Of a stretch of DNA of 64,000 nt, positions 10,351 through 19,610 are shown one piece after another. How positions within the stretch are numbered: the stretch's first letter is position 1; every line of letters starts with the position of its first letter. This DNA is from an uncultured Gammaproteobacteria bacterium (lineage in GTDB: Bacteria > Patescibacteriota > Patescibacteriia > JACPL01 > CAZRYK01). The position numbers were made by a program, and so were the translations under genes. The stretch is from assembly GCA_964604315.1 (NCBI GenBank), contig CAZRYK010000002.1:267-64266 (forward strand). Direction: 5' to 3'. Below the pieces are notes generated by a model. It was not told the origin of the DNA, searched no databases, and saw only the letters and a list, made by a program, of their open reading frames with translations.

Positions 10351-10379
10351 TTGACCACAAGACCATAAACTTGTATACT
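10351..10379 (+). promoter_or_regulatory. Promoter of the rpmH operon
   Basis: TTGACC-N17-TATACT. Confidence 0.65.
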
Positions 10380-10404
10380 AAAAACCGCTTTACTCAATTT
10401 TTTC

Positions 10405-10526
10405 AGCACTTTTCGCATTTGAGTGCAATTCGAGGCGCAGACGAGGAACGAAGTAAGCTGTACAGGAACGTACAGCGTCGAGTACCACAGTCTGCAACGA
10501 AGAAGTGTGCCAAAGGCGAAAGTGCT
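10405..10526. repeat. Long imperfect palindrome in the rpmH leader (RPE-like)
   Basis: Nested pairings AGCACTT(T)TCGC/GCGAAAGTGCT, GCAGAC/GTCTGC, GCTGTAC/GTACAGC. Confidence 0.6.
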
Positions 10527-10532
10527 CATTTT

Positions 10533-10670
10533 ATGCCAAAACGAACGTATCAGCCAAAAAAGCGTACAAAAAAACGCGAACATGGGTTTCGAAAGCGCAT
10601 GGCAACCAGTAATGGCCGACGTGTTTTACGGAAACGCCGATCCAAGGGCCGCAAACGCTTAACGAGTTAA
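10533..10670 (+). CDS. rpmH: 50S ribosomal protein L34
   Basis: MPKRTYQP...HGFRKRM...RRSKGRKRL. Confidence 0.97.
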   Translation: MPKRTYQPKKRTKKREHGFRKRMATSNGRRVLRKRRSKGRKRLTS

Positions 10671-10677
10671 TCTTTCC

Positions 10678-11004
10678 ATGTTGCCCCGCAAACATCGCTT
10701 AGCTAAAGTTCGCGATTTTGCGCACCTTAAAGAGACGGGTAAAACTCGACGGACGCGATTTTTCACCGTAAGGTATACAAAAACCGAGCAAAAGGATTCG
10801 CGTGTGGCAGTGATTGTCTCGGCTAAGGTTAGCAAAAAGGCTGTTGAGCGCAATAAACTTAAGCGACGGTTGCGAAACATTCTTTCCAAACGATTGCGGG
10901 ACTTGCCCAAACACACCGATGTGGCGTTTTATGCCCACGGTTCCGCAAGCAAAGCGACATTCTCGGACATTGAAGCAGATATTGAACAACTTTTGAACGG
11001 CTAG
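10678..11004 (+). CDS. rnpA: RNase P protein
   Basis: KKAVERNKLKRRLR motif; synteny. Confidence 0.95.
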   Translation: MLPRKHRLAKVRDFAHLKETGKTRRTRFFTVRYTKTEQKDSRVAVIVSAKVSKKAVERNKLKRRLRNILSKRLRDLPKHTDVAFYAHGSASKATFSDIEADIEQLLNG

Positions 11005-11006
11005 AG

Positions 11007-11255
11007 ATGCGTTTTATTCTCCTCTATCTTATACGGGCCTACCAAAAAACCCTTTCCCCGGATCATTCTTGGGTTGCGTTTTACTATCCTTTTGGAGTCT
11101 GCGCTTTTCGGCCAACGTGCTCGGAATATAGCTATGACGCGATTCTTGCCCATGGCGTATGGAAGGGTCTAGCCATGACGGCACACCGCGTTTTGCGCTG
11201 TCACCCGGGGGTAAAACCCACCTATGATCCCGTCACTTTAACAAAAAAATCCTAA
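11007..11255 (+). CDS. yidD: Membrane protein insertion efficiency factor
   Basis: CAFRPTCSEY, RVLRCHP. Confidence 0.93.
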   Translation: MRFILLYLIRAYQKTLSPDHSWVAFYYPFGVCAFRPTCSEYSYDAILAHGVWKGLAMTAHRVLRCHPGVKPTYDPVTLTKKS

Positions 11256-11256
11256 T

Positions 11257-12042
11257 ATGGGCGAATTTTTCAACACTATTCTTTACGAGCCGCTTTTTAA
11301 TGCCCTCATCTTTTTTTACGACGTGATTCCGGGTACAGACATGGGTATTGCCATTATTCTTCTGACGCTCATTATTAAATTATTGCTGTTCCAGCCGTCG
11401 CTATCGTCTTTAAAAGCGCAAAAATCCTTGCAAGATTTACAGCCAAAATTGCGCGAAGTTCAGGAAAAATATAAGGACAATCGTGAAGAGTTAGGCAAAA
11501 AAACCATTGAAGTTTACCGCACGCATAAGGTCAATCCGTTTTCTTCGTGCCTCCCTATTTTAATACAACTGCCGATTTTGTGGGTCTTGTACCGCGTGTT
11601 TTTTAATGGCATCGAGCTAGACGCAACGAGCGGGCTTTTAATGCCCAACCAAGTCGAGCATCTTTATGGCTATTTGCAGGCAAAATATGCTACACAGCCG
11701 ATTGATTCCACGTTTTTAGGCCTGGTGGATTTATCGGCGACCGGTAATGTTGTTTTGGCCGTTCTAGCCGGGGCTTTGCAGTTTTGGCAAACACGCATGT
11801 TACAGAGAACGCGGCCAAAAGTGCAGACCAAAGGCTCAAAGGACGAGGATTTGATGGCTAATATGAACCGGCAGATGCTCTACGTGATGCCGATTATTAC
11901 GGTCATTTTTGGCTATCAGTTTCCGGCCGGCCTTGCTTTATATTGGACGGTCAACATTTTGTATAGCATTGCCCAGCAATGGTTTTTCTTAAGAAAAGGC
12001 CATATTTCTGGACCTCCGCAAGAAAAACCCCAGACACCATAA
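11257..12042 (+). CDS. yidC: Membrane protein insertase YidC/Oxa1
   Basis: LQPKL..QEKY, NPFSSCLP.LIQLP, GLALYW. Confidence 0.95.
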   Translation: MGEFFNTILYEPLFNALIFFYDVIPGTDMGIAIILLTLIIKLLLFQPSLSSLKAQKSLQDLQPKLREVQEKYKDNREELGKKTIEVYRTHKVNPFSSCLPILIQLPILWVLYRVFFNGIELDATSGLLMPNQVEHLYGYLQAKYATQPIDSTFLGLVDLSATGNVVLAVLAGALQFWQTRMLQRTRPKVQTKGSKDEDLMANMNRQMLYVMPIITVIFGYQFPAGLALYWTVNILYSIAQQWFFLRKGHISGPPQEKPQTP

Positions 12043-12054
12043 AGCCTTGAGCGT

Positions 12055-12324
12055 ATGAAGATTGGGCTTAAAGATCTTCAACAACTGCCTGTAAAGACGC
12101 AAAGCGGCATTATGCTTGGCCGTATTGTGGGGATTGATTTTGATACCGAAGCGCATAGCGTGACAAAATACCATGTAGCGCGATTTCCGGTTGTGGATGA
12201 GCTACTGCGTCGTACGCTTCTGGTGGATCCCTCGCAAGTGATTTCTGTTACCAGCAAGGCTATTATTGTTGAAGACGCACTTTTACCCGATGCCACAAAG
12301 GCGCTGGGGATTAACATTGCCTAA
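12055..12324 (+). CDS. PRC-barrel domain protein
   Basis: LPVKTQSGIMLGRIVGIDFD pattern. Confidence 0.75.
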   Translation: MKIGLKDLQQLPVKTQSGIMLGRIVGIDFDTEAHSVTKYHVARFPVVDELLRRTLLVDPSQVISVTSKAIIVEDALLPDATKALGINIA

Positions 12325-12341
12325 TTATACGGGACTCCAGT

Positions 12342-12369
12342 GGATCCGACCCTTCCAAGGGTCGGATCC
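12342..12369. repeat. REP-like palindrome, family A
   Basis: GGATCCGACCCTT-CC-AAGGGTCGGATCC. Confidence 0.85.
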
Positions 12370-12472
12370 TGATTAGTTTATTTGCAGACCACTGTTCTTC
12401 CGCTTGTTTACCTTCCGTCTTGAGCTTTTGTTATTGGACTGATATACTGCTTTTGCACTTAACTATTGTTTT

Positions 12473-12634
12473 ATGGACATTGAAAACAATCAAGCCGTAT
12501 TGCGCCGGCATGTGGCTGGAACCTTAATCCTCACCACGCTTTTAATTGTTGGGCTTTTTGCTGTTTGGTACCTTGATCAAGGTAGTCAGACGGTCTCTAG
12601 TCCCATAGTGGAGTTCTATCGCTGGCTTCTATAG
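12473..12634 (+). CDS. Small single-pass membrane protein (53 aa)
   Basis: MDIENNQAVLRRHVAGTLILTTLLIVGLFAVWYLD...; below the ORF-track size cutoff. Confidence 0.55.
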   Translation: MDIENNQAVLRRHVAGTLILTTLLIVGLFAVWYLDQGSQTVSSPIVEFYRWLL

Positions 12635-12713
12635 TTGTACGACGCTATAATATAGCTAATATTAGTTATAATATTCTGACACTCGCGTTTGACAGATACT
12701 TGTCTGGCGATCG

Positions 12714-12785
12714 GTCCCTATAGTTCAACGGATAGAACAAAGGACTCCTAAGCCTTAGATGCTGGTTCAATTCCCGCTAGGGACA
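12714..12785 (+). tRNA. tRNA-Arg(CCT)
   Basis: Acceptor GTCCCTA/TAGGGAC, anticodon loop CT-CCT-AA, GGTTCAATTCC. Confidence 0.92.
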
Positions 12786-12834
12786 CACAAACTTTGCTCA
12801 CGCAAAGTTTGTGTAATGAGTAATTCGTAGTTGG

Positions 12835-12876
12835 CCTGCCCGCCATTGCCTGCGGCTTCAGGCCTTGGCAGGCGGG
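12835..12876. repeat. 41-42 bp GC-rich palindromic element (copies at 12835, 12965, 13208, 13834)
   Basis: CCYGYCCGCCATYG..CTTCAGGC..RGGCGGG occurs four times within 1.1 kb. Confidence 0.85.
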
Positions 12877-13083
12877 TACTTAGCGCAAGGTAAAATTTCC
12901 TTAAAATCATCTAAGCAAAGTTTACCCCCAACTACTCAATACCCACACAAAGTACAAAATGTTCCCCGTCCGCCATCGGCTCCGCCTTCAGGCGTGCCGG
13001 GCGGGCACATGGAACGTTTTGTACACTAACTAATGAATTCAATCAGTGATTGATACTAGGGTCGTAGCTTTACTGCGACAAGA

Positions 13084-13156
13084 GGGCCTGTAGCTCATCT
13101 GGTAGAGCGCGGCATTCGCATTGCCGAGGCAAGCGGTTCGAGTCCGCTCAGGTCCA
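13084..13156 (+). tRNA. tRNA-Ala(CGC)
   Basis: GGGCCTG/CAGGTCC with G3:U70; CGGCA-TTCGCAT-TGCCG. Confidence 0.95.
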
Positions 13157-13265
13157 CGTAAATTTTTGCTAGCGCAATAATTTGAGTCTCGCGTTGTTAG
13201 TAATTTGCCTGCCCGCCATTGCCTGCGGCTTCAGGCGTTGGCAGGCGGGTACTTTGCGCAATGAG

Positions 13266-13281
13266 TGTTCCACGTGGAACA
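13266..13281. promoter_or_regulatory. parS site
   Basis: Perfect palindrome TGTTCCACGTGGAACA ~3 kb from dnaA. Confidence 0.88.
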
Positions 13282-13294
13282 CTCCAGATAAATT

Positions 13295-13669
13295 ATGGAT
13301 TACAGTATCGAAAAAATTCAGCAAATTGTTCGGGAATTTGCAAAGTCTAGAAATTGGGAAGATTACCCGAATATTGACAAATTCGACCATGTTCACGAGG
13401 AGCTTATTGAAGTAAGCCAGTATTTGCGGTATAAATCTCGTGAAGAAATGGAAGGATTTCTGTCTGACCCAAAGAATAAGGCGCTTATTGAGGAAGAAAT
13501 GGGCGATGTCCTATTTGTCTTTGCGCGCCTGGCTAATCAATTAAACATTGATTTGGGTAAAGGGTTTGAAACAACCGTAGCGAAAGTCCTAAAAAAGTTC
13601 CCTGAAACTGCAGGAAAAAGTGAGTACAATCCGGTTTGGAAAGGCGACAAGCCTGGAAATAAGGAATAA
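13295..13669 (+). CDS. MazG-like nucleotide pyrophosphohydrolase
   Basis: EELIEV...EEEMGDVL...RLAN.LNIDL. Confidence 0.85.
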   Translation: MDYSIEKIQQIVREFAKSRNWEDYPNIDKFDHVHEELIEVSQYLRYKSREEMEGFLSDPKNKALIEEEMGDVLFVFARLANQLNIDLGKGFETTVAKVLKKFPETAGKSEYNPVWKGDKPGNKE

Positions 13670-13706
13670 GTTTCCAAAATGTTCCACCACGTACCATACG
13701 GTACAT

Positions 13707-13722
13707 GGTTCCACGTGGAACA
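13707..13722. promoter_or_regulatory. parS site (next to a 22-bp insertion)
   Basis: GGTTCCACGTGGAACA. Confidence 0.8.
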
Positions 13723-13725
13723 TTT

Positions 13726-13799
13726 GGGCGGCTAGCTCAGCTGGTTAGAGCGTTGCATTCACATTGCAAAGGTCACAAGTTCGAATCTTGTGCCGCCCA
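13726..13799 (+). tRNA. tRNA-Val(CAC)
   Basis: GGGCGGC/GCCGCCC; TTGCA-TTCACAT-TGCAA. Confidence 0.95.
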
Positions 13800-14214
13800 C
13801 GTAAATTTTACTCACACAAATGACAAAATGTTCCCCGTCCGCCATCGGCTTCGCCTTCAGGCGTGCCGGGCGGGCACATGGAACATTTTATTGTAATCAA
13901 ATATTTGTGTTTTCTGAAAACGTATATGTACAATAGGCTAGGACTCATTGTGCAAATACAAAAAAGCGGCCATATCCCAAAACGCTCGCCCTGCTAGAAT
14001 TTTTAAAAATGTTCTTTTGCGCCTTTGTTTGTGTTTGTATTTTTGTTTTACTTACAAAATAAGTATAGCATACTGCATGATTCGTGTCAAATATACCAGT
14101 ATTAGCACTATAAATGTGTCGTAAAATAATAGTGAATTGACACTATTGCGGTTCTCGACATTCTCTTTAGAGTGCGATATACTTATGTTTCCTATAACAA
14201 TTTATATTAAAATT

Positions 14215-14538
14215 ATGCCAGAAGTTACCTTAACGACGGCGAATTTCGATGCCGAAGTCAAACAATCCTCTGTGCCTGTTCTTGTAGATTTTTGGGCGCC
14301 CTGGTGTGGACCGTGCAAAATCTTGGGGCCGGTTATTGAAGAAATTGCCAAAGAATATGAAGGCAAGCCTGTCAAAATTGCAAAACTCAATGTCGATGAC
14401 AATCAAGAAATCGCACAACAGTATGGCGTCATGAGCATTCCCACATTAATGTTGTTCAAAAACGGCAATGTGGAAGATCAAATGATGGGCGCACAGCCGA
14501 AAGAAAAAATTGATCAACTCCTCCGTCAATATCTTTAA
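14215..14538 (+). CDS. trxA: Thioredoxin
   Basis: VDFWAPWCGPC; start set at MPEVTL. Confidence 0.97.
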   Translation: MPEVTLTTANFDAEVKQSSVPVLVDFWAPWCGPCKILGPVIEEIAKEYEGKPVKIAKLNVDDNQEIAQQYGVMSIPTLMLFKNGNVEDQMMGAQPKEKIDQLLRQYL

Positions 14539-14539
14539 A

Positions 14540-15508
14540 ATGTCTTCGCAAGCTGACTACGATGTGATTATTATTGGTGCCGCGGCGGCCGGTTTGACAG
14601 CTGGTATGTATTCAGCTCGCCGGACTCTGCGCACGCTTGTGATTAGTAAAGATATTGGTGGTCAGGCATCGCTTACCACGGAAATTGAAAATTATCCGGC
14701 CAAAGGCTTGGTGGACGGTTTTGCATTAATGACGGAATTCAAGGAGCAAGCAGAAAAATTTGGCGCAACGGTCACGCTAGATGAAGCGACAAAAATCCTT
14801 GTAAATGGGAAAACAGATTTTACGGTTCAGACATTAAGTAAAACCTATACCTGCCATGGCGTTATTTTGGCTTTTGGATTAACTCCCCGCGACCTTGGCG
14901 TGCAGGGTGAAGAAAAATTTAAAGGACGTGGTGTTTCGACGTGCGCCACATGCGATGCGCCGCTCTTTAAAGGTAAGACCGTTGCTGTTGCGGGCGTAGG
15001 CGATGCGGCGTTAGACGCTGTGGTGCTTTTAAGTCGTTTAGCAAAGCATGTTTATTATCTAAATCCCCGCGACACGCTTATTGGGCCAAAACATTTTGCT
15101 GACGATATTGCCCGCACGCCAAATATCACCACCTATTTTAAAACAAAAATCACCGAAGTGTACGGACAAAAAAAGTTAGAAGGTGTAAAATGTGATAACC
15201 CCGAGGTTCCCATGCTCGAAGTCGATGGGGTATTTGCAGAAATGGGGTACCGCGCAAAAGTCGATTGGATCAAAGACACAGTCACTATTAACGCGCGCAA
15301 TCAAATTGTCATTGACGATAAAAACATGACCTCTGTTCCGGGCGTCTTTGCCGCGGGGGATATTACCACCGTGTCCTATAAACAAGTGGTAGTCTCGGCG
15401 GGCGAAGGCGCAAAAGCGGCGTTGTCGTTATATCAATATTTGCAAAGCAACGGCGTGGTTTCCCGCGGCGCGGCGATCGACTGGGGCGTGGTGGAACAAA
15501 TGGGGTAG
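14540..15508 (+). CDS. trxB: Thioredoxin reductase
   Basis: EIENYP, GRGVSTCATCD, GVFAAGD; NADPH motif atypical (GVGDAA). Confidence 0.92.
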   Translation: MSSQADYDVIIIGAAAAGLTAGMYSARRTLRTLVISKDIGGQASLTTEIENYPAKGLVDGFALMTEFKEQAEKFGATVTLDEATKILVNGKTDFTVQTLSKTYTCHGVILAFGLTPRDLGVQGEEKFKGRGVSTCATCDAPLFKGKTVAVAGVGDAALDAVVLLSRLAKHVYYLNPRDTLIGPKHFADDIARTPNITTYFKTKITEVYGQKKLEGVKCDNPEVPMLEVDGVFAEMGYRAKVDWIKDTVTINARNQIVIDDKNMTSVPGVFAAGDITTVSYKQVVVSAGEGAKAALSLYQYLQSNGVVSRGAAIDWGVVEQMG

Positions 15509-15606
15509 GATCATGAGTTAAGGGTATATTTACACTCATGAAACTTTGAGGCAGTGTCTATTTGGAGCAATAATTTACTCATCTTTCAAGCTCTTAATGC
15601 TATCGT

Positions 15607-17256
15607 ATGGTCAATCTATCTTCACCTTCTCCGCAAATTCAAGAATTATCTCCGGCAAGCACACCGCCGCAAAATAAACCACGCGTTGTGTGGTGGTTTG
15701 TTCGTTTACTTATTGGACTCATGGGATTGATCGGCGGCGGGCTGTTATACTTAAACGAAGACTGGCGGACATTTGGGGGAGCTTCGATTATAATACTCAT
15801 CGGTTTGTCGATGCTCTTCCTTTTCTATACAGTTCTTCGTCGGTTTCTTTCTTCATGTCGCTTTATTCTTCTCGATCTTGTGGTTTTTATTGTTTGCGTT
15901 CTTGGCGCGGCCGTTTCGGTTTTTCGTCCGATAAGCACTCTTTTTGATAGTTGGTTTGTCTTCGGCATCGCGGCGCTTCTTGCGCTTGTCTATGACCTCG
16001 TGCGTCCTCACTTTCGACGAAGTGCGCTGGCGCTACTTGTTGTGTTGGTTATTATTTTTCTCATTTCGATTCCGTTTGGTTCGACGAAGCGTATTTCTCG
16101 TTCTGTCTACTCTCTTGTGCAAGCCGAACAACAAGAAAAAGTTACGCAAGGAACTGCGTCACAGCCGCTTGCGGATCTTGCCATGATCAGCGTGACGGGC
16201 GTGCATACACTTTTGTGGAACGAAGAGCAAAAGACGTATGAGGTCACAACCGATGAGATCGAAACAAAAAAAACCGAAGATCAATTTTACGAATACCGTC
16301 GACTTTTTGCTGATGTTGATTCTCTCTATATTGTGTACGACGATACTATCGAGAAGCGTCCGCGCAAGGGAGGTGAAGTCATTCAGTGGAAACGCCCAAT
16401 CGTAGGAACAGGACTTGATCTGACCTATTCGCACCGTATCGGGGCGGTGGAGTTTCACAATGGGCTGATGTATGTATCAGCCAATGGGAAGCTCTATGTG
16501 TTGAATAATAGCTTGCGCACTCTTGGGGAAGTTGAACTTGAGATTGGAGATGGTAAGAGCTCGTTCACAAAAAATGCTCACGATATTCTTTTTGTTGACG
16601 ATTATGCCCTCCTTTTAGATAATGTCGTCCAACCAATTTATATTTTCACCGTGGATATTCAAAGTTCGGAACAGCCGCGCGTTGTGAACCGCCGCGGAGG
16701 TTCTACAATCAATGGACATCTTAAGGCGCAGTGGCTTGACGATTTCAATAATTGGAATATTGTTCTTACTGATCAAACGGGATATGGCGGAACCGCGTCC
16801 GAAGAGCGCGTTCTTGAGTTGTCAAAGGCTGAATACACGACGCGTCTGAATCCTGAACAGTTTACTCCTTGGGGGAAAGAACATCCGTTGCCAAGAGGCG
16901 CTGTAATTGGCGGTCACGGAACATTTGCTCTCGCATCGGACGAACGAGAAGAATATGGGTATTCTATTCTCAAAGATCTGAATCGCGCAGATGACTATTT
17001 TCTAGTTCACGATCGAAAGACGCGTAATGTCCTCGTGACAAAAATCGATAGCAGTTCTCAACTTTTGAATCCCATCTCTCTTGATCGGTTTGAGGAGGTG
17101 CGCGCATCTTCGTTTCTTTCTGTAAGTGATGTTCTCTATATCACTATTCAAAACAAGCTGTATGTTGTTAATGTTGGGGGTAGTGAGCCCATTCTTGTGC
17201 ATTCCCAGACGCTTTCGACCAATATTCAGGACATTCAAACGCTTAACGAAGATTGA
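15607..17256 (+). CDS. Hypothetical protein: several N-terminal TM helices plus a beta-rich (propeller-like) domain
   Basis: Hydrophobic first ~160 aa, then repeated beta strands. Confidence 0.7.
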   Translation: MVNLSSPSPQIQELSPASTPPQNKPRVVWWFVRLLIGLMGLIGGGLLYLNEDWRTFGGASIIILIGLSMLFLFYTVLRRFLSSCRFILLDLVVFIVCVLGAAVSVFRPISTLFDSWFVFGIAALLALVYDLVRPHFRRSALALLVVLVIIFLISIPFGSTKRISRSVYSLVQAEQQEKVTQGTASQPLADLAMISVTGVHTLLWNEEQKTYEVTTDEIETKKTEDQFYEYRRLFADVDSLYIVYDDTIEKRPRKGGEVIQWKRPIVGTGLDLTYSHRIGAVEFHNGLMYVSANGKLYVLNNSLRTLGEVELEIGDGKSSFTKNAHDILFVDDYALLLDNVVQPIYIFTVDIQSSEQPRVVNRRGGSTINGHLKAQWLDDFNNWNIVLTDQTGYGGTASEERVLELSKAEYTTRLNPEQFTPWGKEHPLPRGAVIGGHGTFALASDEREEYGYSILKDLNRADDYFLVHDRKTRNVLVTKIDSSSQLLNPISLDRFEEVRASSFLSVSDVLYITIQNKLYVVNVGGSEPILVHSQTLSTNIQDIQTLNED

Positions 17257-17349
17257 TGTGAGTGTTTTAGTTAAAAGTTGTTAAATTTAAAGAGACGTGA
17301 TGGCCCCTTGACCTTATTCCCTTAATTTTTATCCTTTATCCCTACGCTT

Positions 17350-18621
17350 ATGCCCAGCCTTTTTAAAAATGCGCTTAAGCAGTTACAAGATACGGCGAAA
17401 ATTATGGATCTTCACCCGAATGCGTTGGAGGTCTTAAGCAATCCGCAACGCATTTTTGACGTCGCTATTCCGGTTCGCATGGATGACGGGAAAATCAAAA
17501 TTTTTCGCGGGTATCGTGTGCAATATAATGATGCGCGCGGGCCGTTTAAGGGCGGCATTCGTTTTCATGAAGAAGTCGAGCTAGACGAAGTAAAGGCATT
17601 GGCGTTTTGGATGACCTTTAAAACCGCGGTCATGGACTTGCCGTACGGTGGCGCAAAAGGCGGTATTACCGTGGACCCTAAGAAACTTTCCTTGCGCGAG
17701 CTTGAACGCTTAACACGCGGCTATGTGCGTGCCATTAAAGAATACATTGGCCCTCTGCGTGATATTCCTGCGCCGGACGTGAATACCAATCCTACCATTA
17801 TGGGTTGGATGGAAGATGAATATTCGTTGTTAGAGGGTGTGAACACGCCGGGGTTTGTGACGGGAAAACCGTTAGAGCTTGGGGGTTCGCAAGGTCGCGA
17901 GGCGGCGACGGGGCAAGGCGGTCTGGTTGTTCTTAATCAGCTCATGAAGAAACTTGGCAAAAAACCCCAACAGACAACCGTCATTGTGCAAGGTTTTGGA
18001 AATGTCGGTTACCATTTTGCCCGATTAGCGCACAAAGCCGGGTATAAAATTATTGGCATCGCGGATTCGCAAGGCGGCATTTACGACAAACGTGAAAAAG
18101 GCATGGATCCGGACCATGTGATGGAAACAAAGCTAGCCCGTGGAACCATTGATGGCGTGTACTGCGCCGGCACGGTTTGCGATTATGAAAATTATTCTGC
18201 TGTGGATGCGCGAAAAATTTTGGAAAAACCGTGCGACGTGTTAGTACCCGCGGCTATTGAAAATCAACTGGCGAAAGATAATGCTGGCCGCATTAAAGCC
18301 AATATTATTCTGGAACTTGCCAATGGCCCCACCACTCCGGAAGCCGATGAGGTTTTTACAAAGAAAGAAAAAGTGCTTGTTCCCGATATTTTAGCTAATG
18401 CGGGCGGGGTTACGGTTTCGTATTTTGAGTGGATTCAAAATCGTGAGAATTTCTATTGGTCGGAAAAAGAAGTCATGGAACGATTAAATAGAATGATGGA
18501 AAAAAGTTTTGCCGATGTGTGGAAGATTCATCAAGAAAAAAAAGTTACACTTCGCATGGCGGCCTATATGTTAGCGGCCAAGCGCATTACCGGGAATCTT
18601 CAGGCCCGAGGGCAAGTATAA
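17350..18621 (+). CDS. gdhA: Glu/Leu/Phe/Val dehydrogenase (glutamate dehydrogenase)
   Basis: [35 protein letters not shown]. Confidence 0.95.
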   Translation: MPSLFKNALKQLQDTAKIMDLHPNALEVLSNPQRIFDVAIPVRMDDGKIKIFRGYRVQYNDARGPFKGGIRFHEEVELDEVKALAFWMTFKTAVMDLPYGGAKGGITVDPKKLSLRELERLTRGYVRAIKEYIGPLRDIPAPDVNTNPTIMGWMEDEYSLLEGVNTPGFVTGKPLELGGSQGREAATGQGGLVVLNQLMKKLGKKPQQTTVIVQGFGNVGYHFARLAHKAGYKIIGIADSQGGIYDKREKGMDPDHVMETKLARGTIDGVYCAGTVCDYENYSAVDARKILEKPCDVLVPAAIENQLAKDNAGRIKANIILELANGPTTPEADEVFTKKEKVLVPDILANAGGVTVSYFEWIQNRENFYWSEKEVMERLNRMMEKSFADVWKIHQEKKVTLRMAAYMLAAKRITGNLQARGQV

Positions 18622-18625
18622 GGAA

Positions 18626-18700
18626 CAGCTGTCAGCAGACAGTTGTCAGGAATGCAAAAATATTTTAAATCCTGGCTGACTTACTGTCAGCTGACTGCTG
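18626..18700. repeat. Inverted heptamer tandem repeat element (CAGYNGT type)
   Basis: cagctgt-cagcaga-cagttgt...AAAAATATTTTAAA...ctgtcag-ctgactg-ctg. Confidence 0.75.
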
Positions 18701-18710
18701 AAGTTTACAT

Positions 18711-19013
18711 ATGATTTTCATCGTCACCACCATTCAGACCAAAGAGCAAGCAGAGACGCTCATTAATTTGTTGTTAGAGAAAAAACTCGTTGCTTGCGCC
18801 GGGTATTTTCCCATTCAATCGCTCTACACCTGGAAAGGTGAAAAACATACGAACGATGAATACCGCATAGAGATGGAAACGCGGGACGAACTATATGATG
18901 ATGTAGAAAAAGTCCTGCGCGAGCATCACCCGTACGAAGAGCCGGTTATTTTGTCGTGGAGCGTGCGTACCGATGAAGGAACCGAAAAGTGGGTTGATGA
19001 CGTAACAGCGTGA
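18711..19013 (+). CDS. cutA: Divalent cation tolerance protein
   Basis: LVAC, SLYTWKG, HPYEEP. Confidence 0.92.
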   Translation: MIFIVTTIQTKEQAETLINLLLEKKLVACAGYFPIQSLYTWKGEKHTNDEYRIEMETRDELYDDVEKVLREHHPYEEPVILSWSVRTDEGTEKWVDDVTA

Positions 19014-19015
19014 AA

Positions 19016-19104
19016 GTAGCAGTAAGCGGTAAGTAATAAGTAGTAACTAAGATTTATAAATTTTATTTCTACTACTTACTGCTTACAGCTTATTACTTAC
19101 TGCT
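19016..19104. repeat. Inverted heptamer tandem repeat element (NNGTAAG type)
   Basis: cagtaag-cggtaag-taataag-tagtaac ... tacttac-tgcttac-agcttat-tacttac. Confidence 0.8.
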
Positions 19105-19110
19105 AATTCA

Positions 19111-19455
19111 ATGCCCCACAACTTCTACGATCTTATTTACGAGAATATTAAGAGGATTCCACGAGGGAAGGTGGCGACGTACGGCCAAATTGCGGCGCTT
19201 TGCGGCAACCCCATGGGCGCGCGTTTGGTCGGTTGGGCGTTGAATGCTTTAAATAATGTGGGGCCGTCAACCACAGTTCCGTGGCAACGCGTTATTAATC
19301 GCGAGGGCCGAATTTCGATTGTGAATAAAAATGCAAGCAAAGATTTACAGGCAGATATCTTGCGCAACGAAGGCATAGACGTACAATTCCGTGATGGCAA
19401 TTATTGGGTTGATCTGTCGCGGTATTTGTGGCGTCCTTATAATGGCAAGAGCTAA
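19111..19455 (+). CDS. Alkyltransferase-like (ATL, MGMT family) protein
   Basis: IPRGKVATYGQIA; PWQRV with Trp in place of the catalytic Cys. Confidence 0.88.
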   Translation: MPHNFYDLIYENIKRIPRGKVATYGQIAALCGNPMGARLVGWALNALNNVGPSTTVPWQRVINREGRISIVNKNASKDLQADILRNEGIDVQFRDGNYWVDLSRYLWRPYNGKS

Positions 19456-19465
19456 GCTCTTGCCA
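19443..19465. repeat. REP-like palindrome, family B (also 49486, 49514, 55318)
   Basis: TGGCAAGAGCT-A-AGCTCTTGCCA. Confidence 0.8.
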
Positions 19466-19610
19466 TAAGATTGATGCTTTCGCGCAATCGGAAAATACGC
19501 TATACTATATCTTATGGAGAAAAAGGAGGCAGTGTTACTTCCCCGCGACGTAATGTATAACAGTATGTTGTTTTCTTCATTTTAAAAAATTATTTTTTAA
19601 GCAAAACTTT

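Noticed and set aside
10167-10532. Extended N-termini of dnaA and rpmH from the ORF track
   Set aside because: The extensions run through DnaA boxes, the promoter and a palindrome; canonical starts lie downstream.
12790-13890. CRISPR array
   Set aside because: The repeats are irregularly spaced and interleaved with tRNAs and a CDS; there is no repeat-spacer periodicity and no cas gene.
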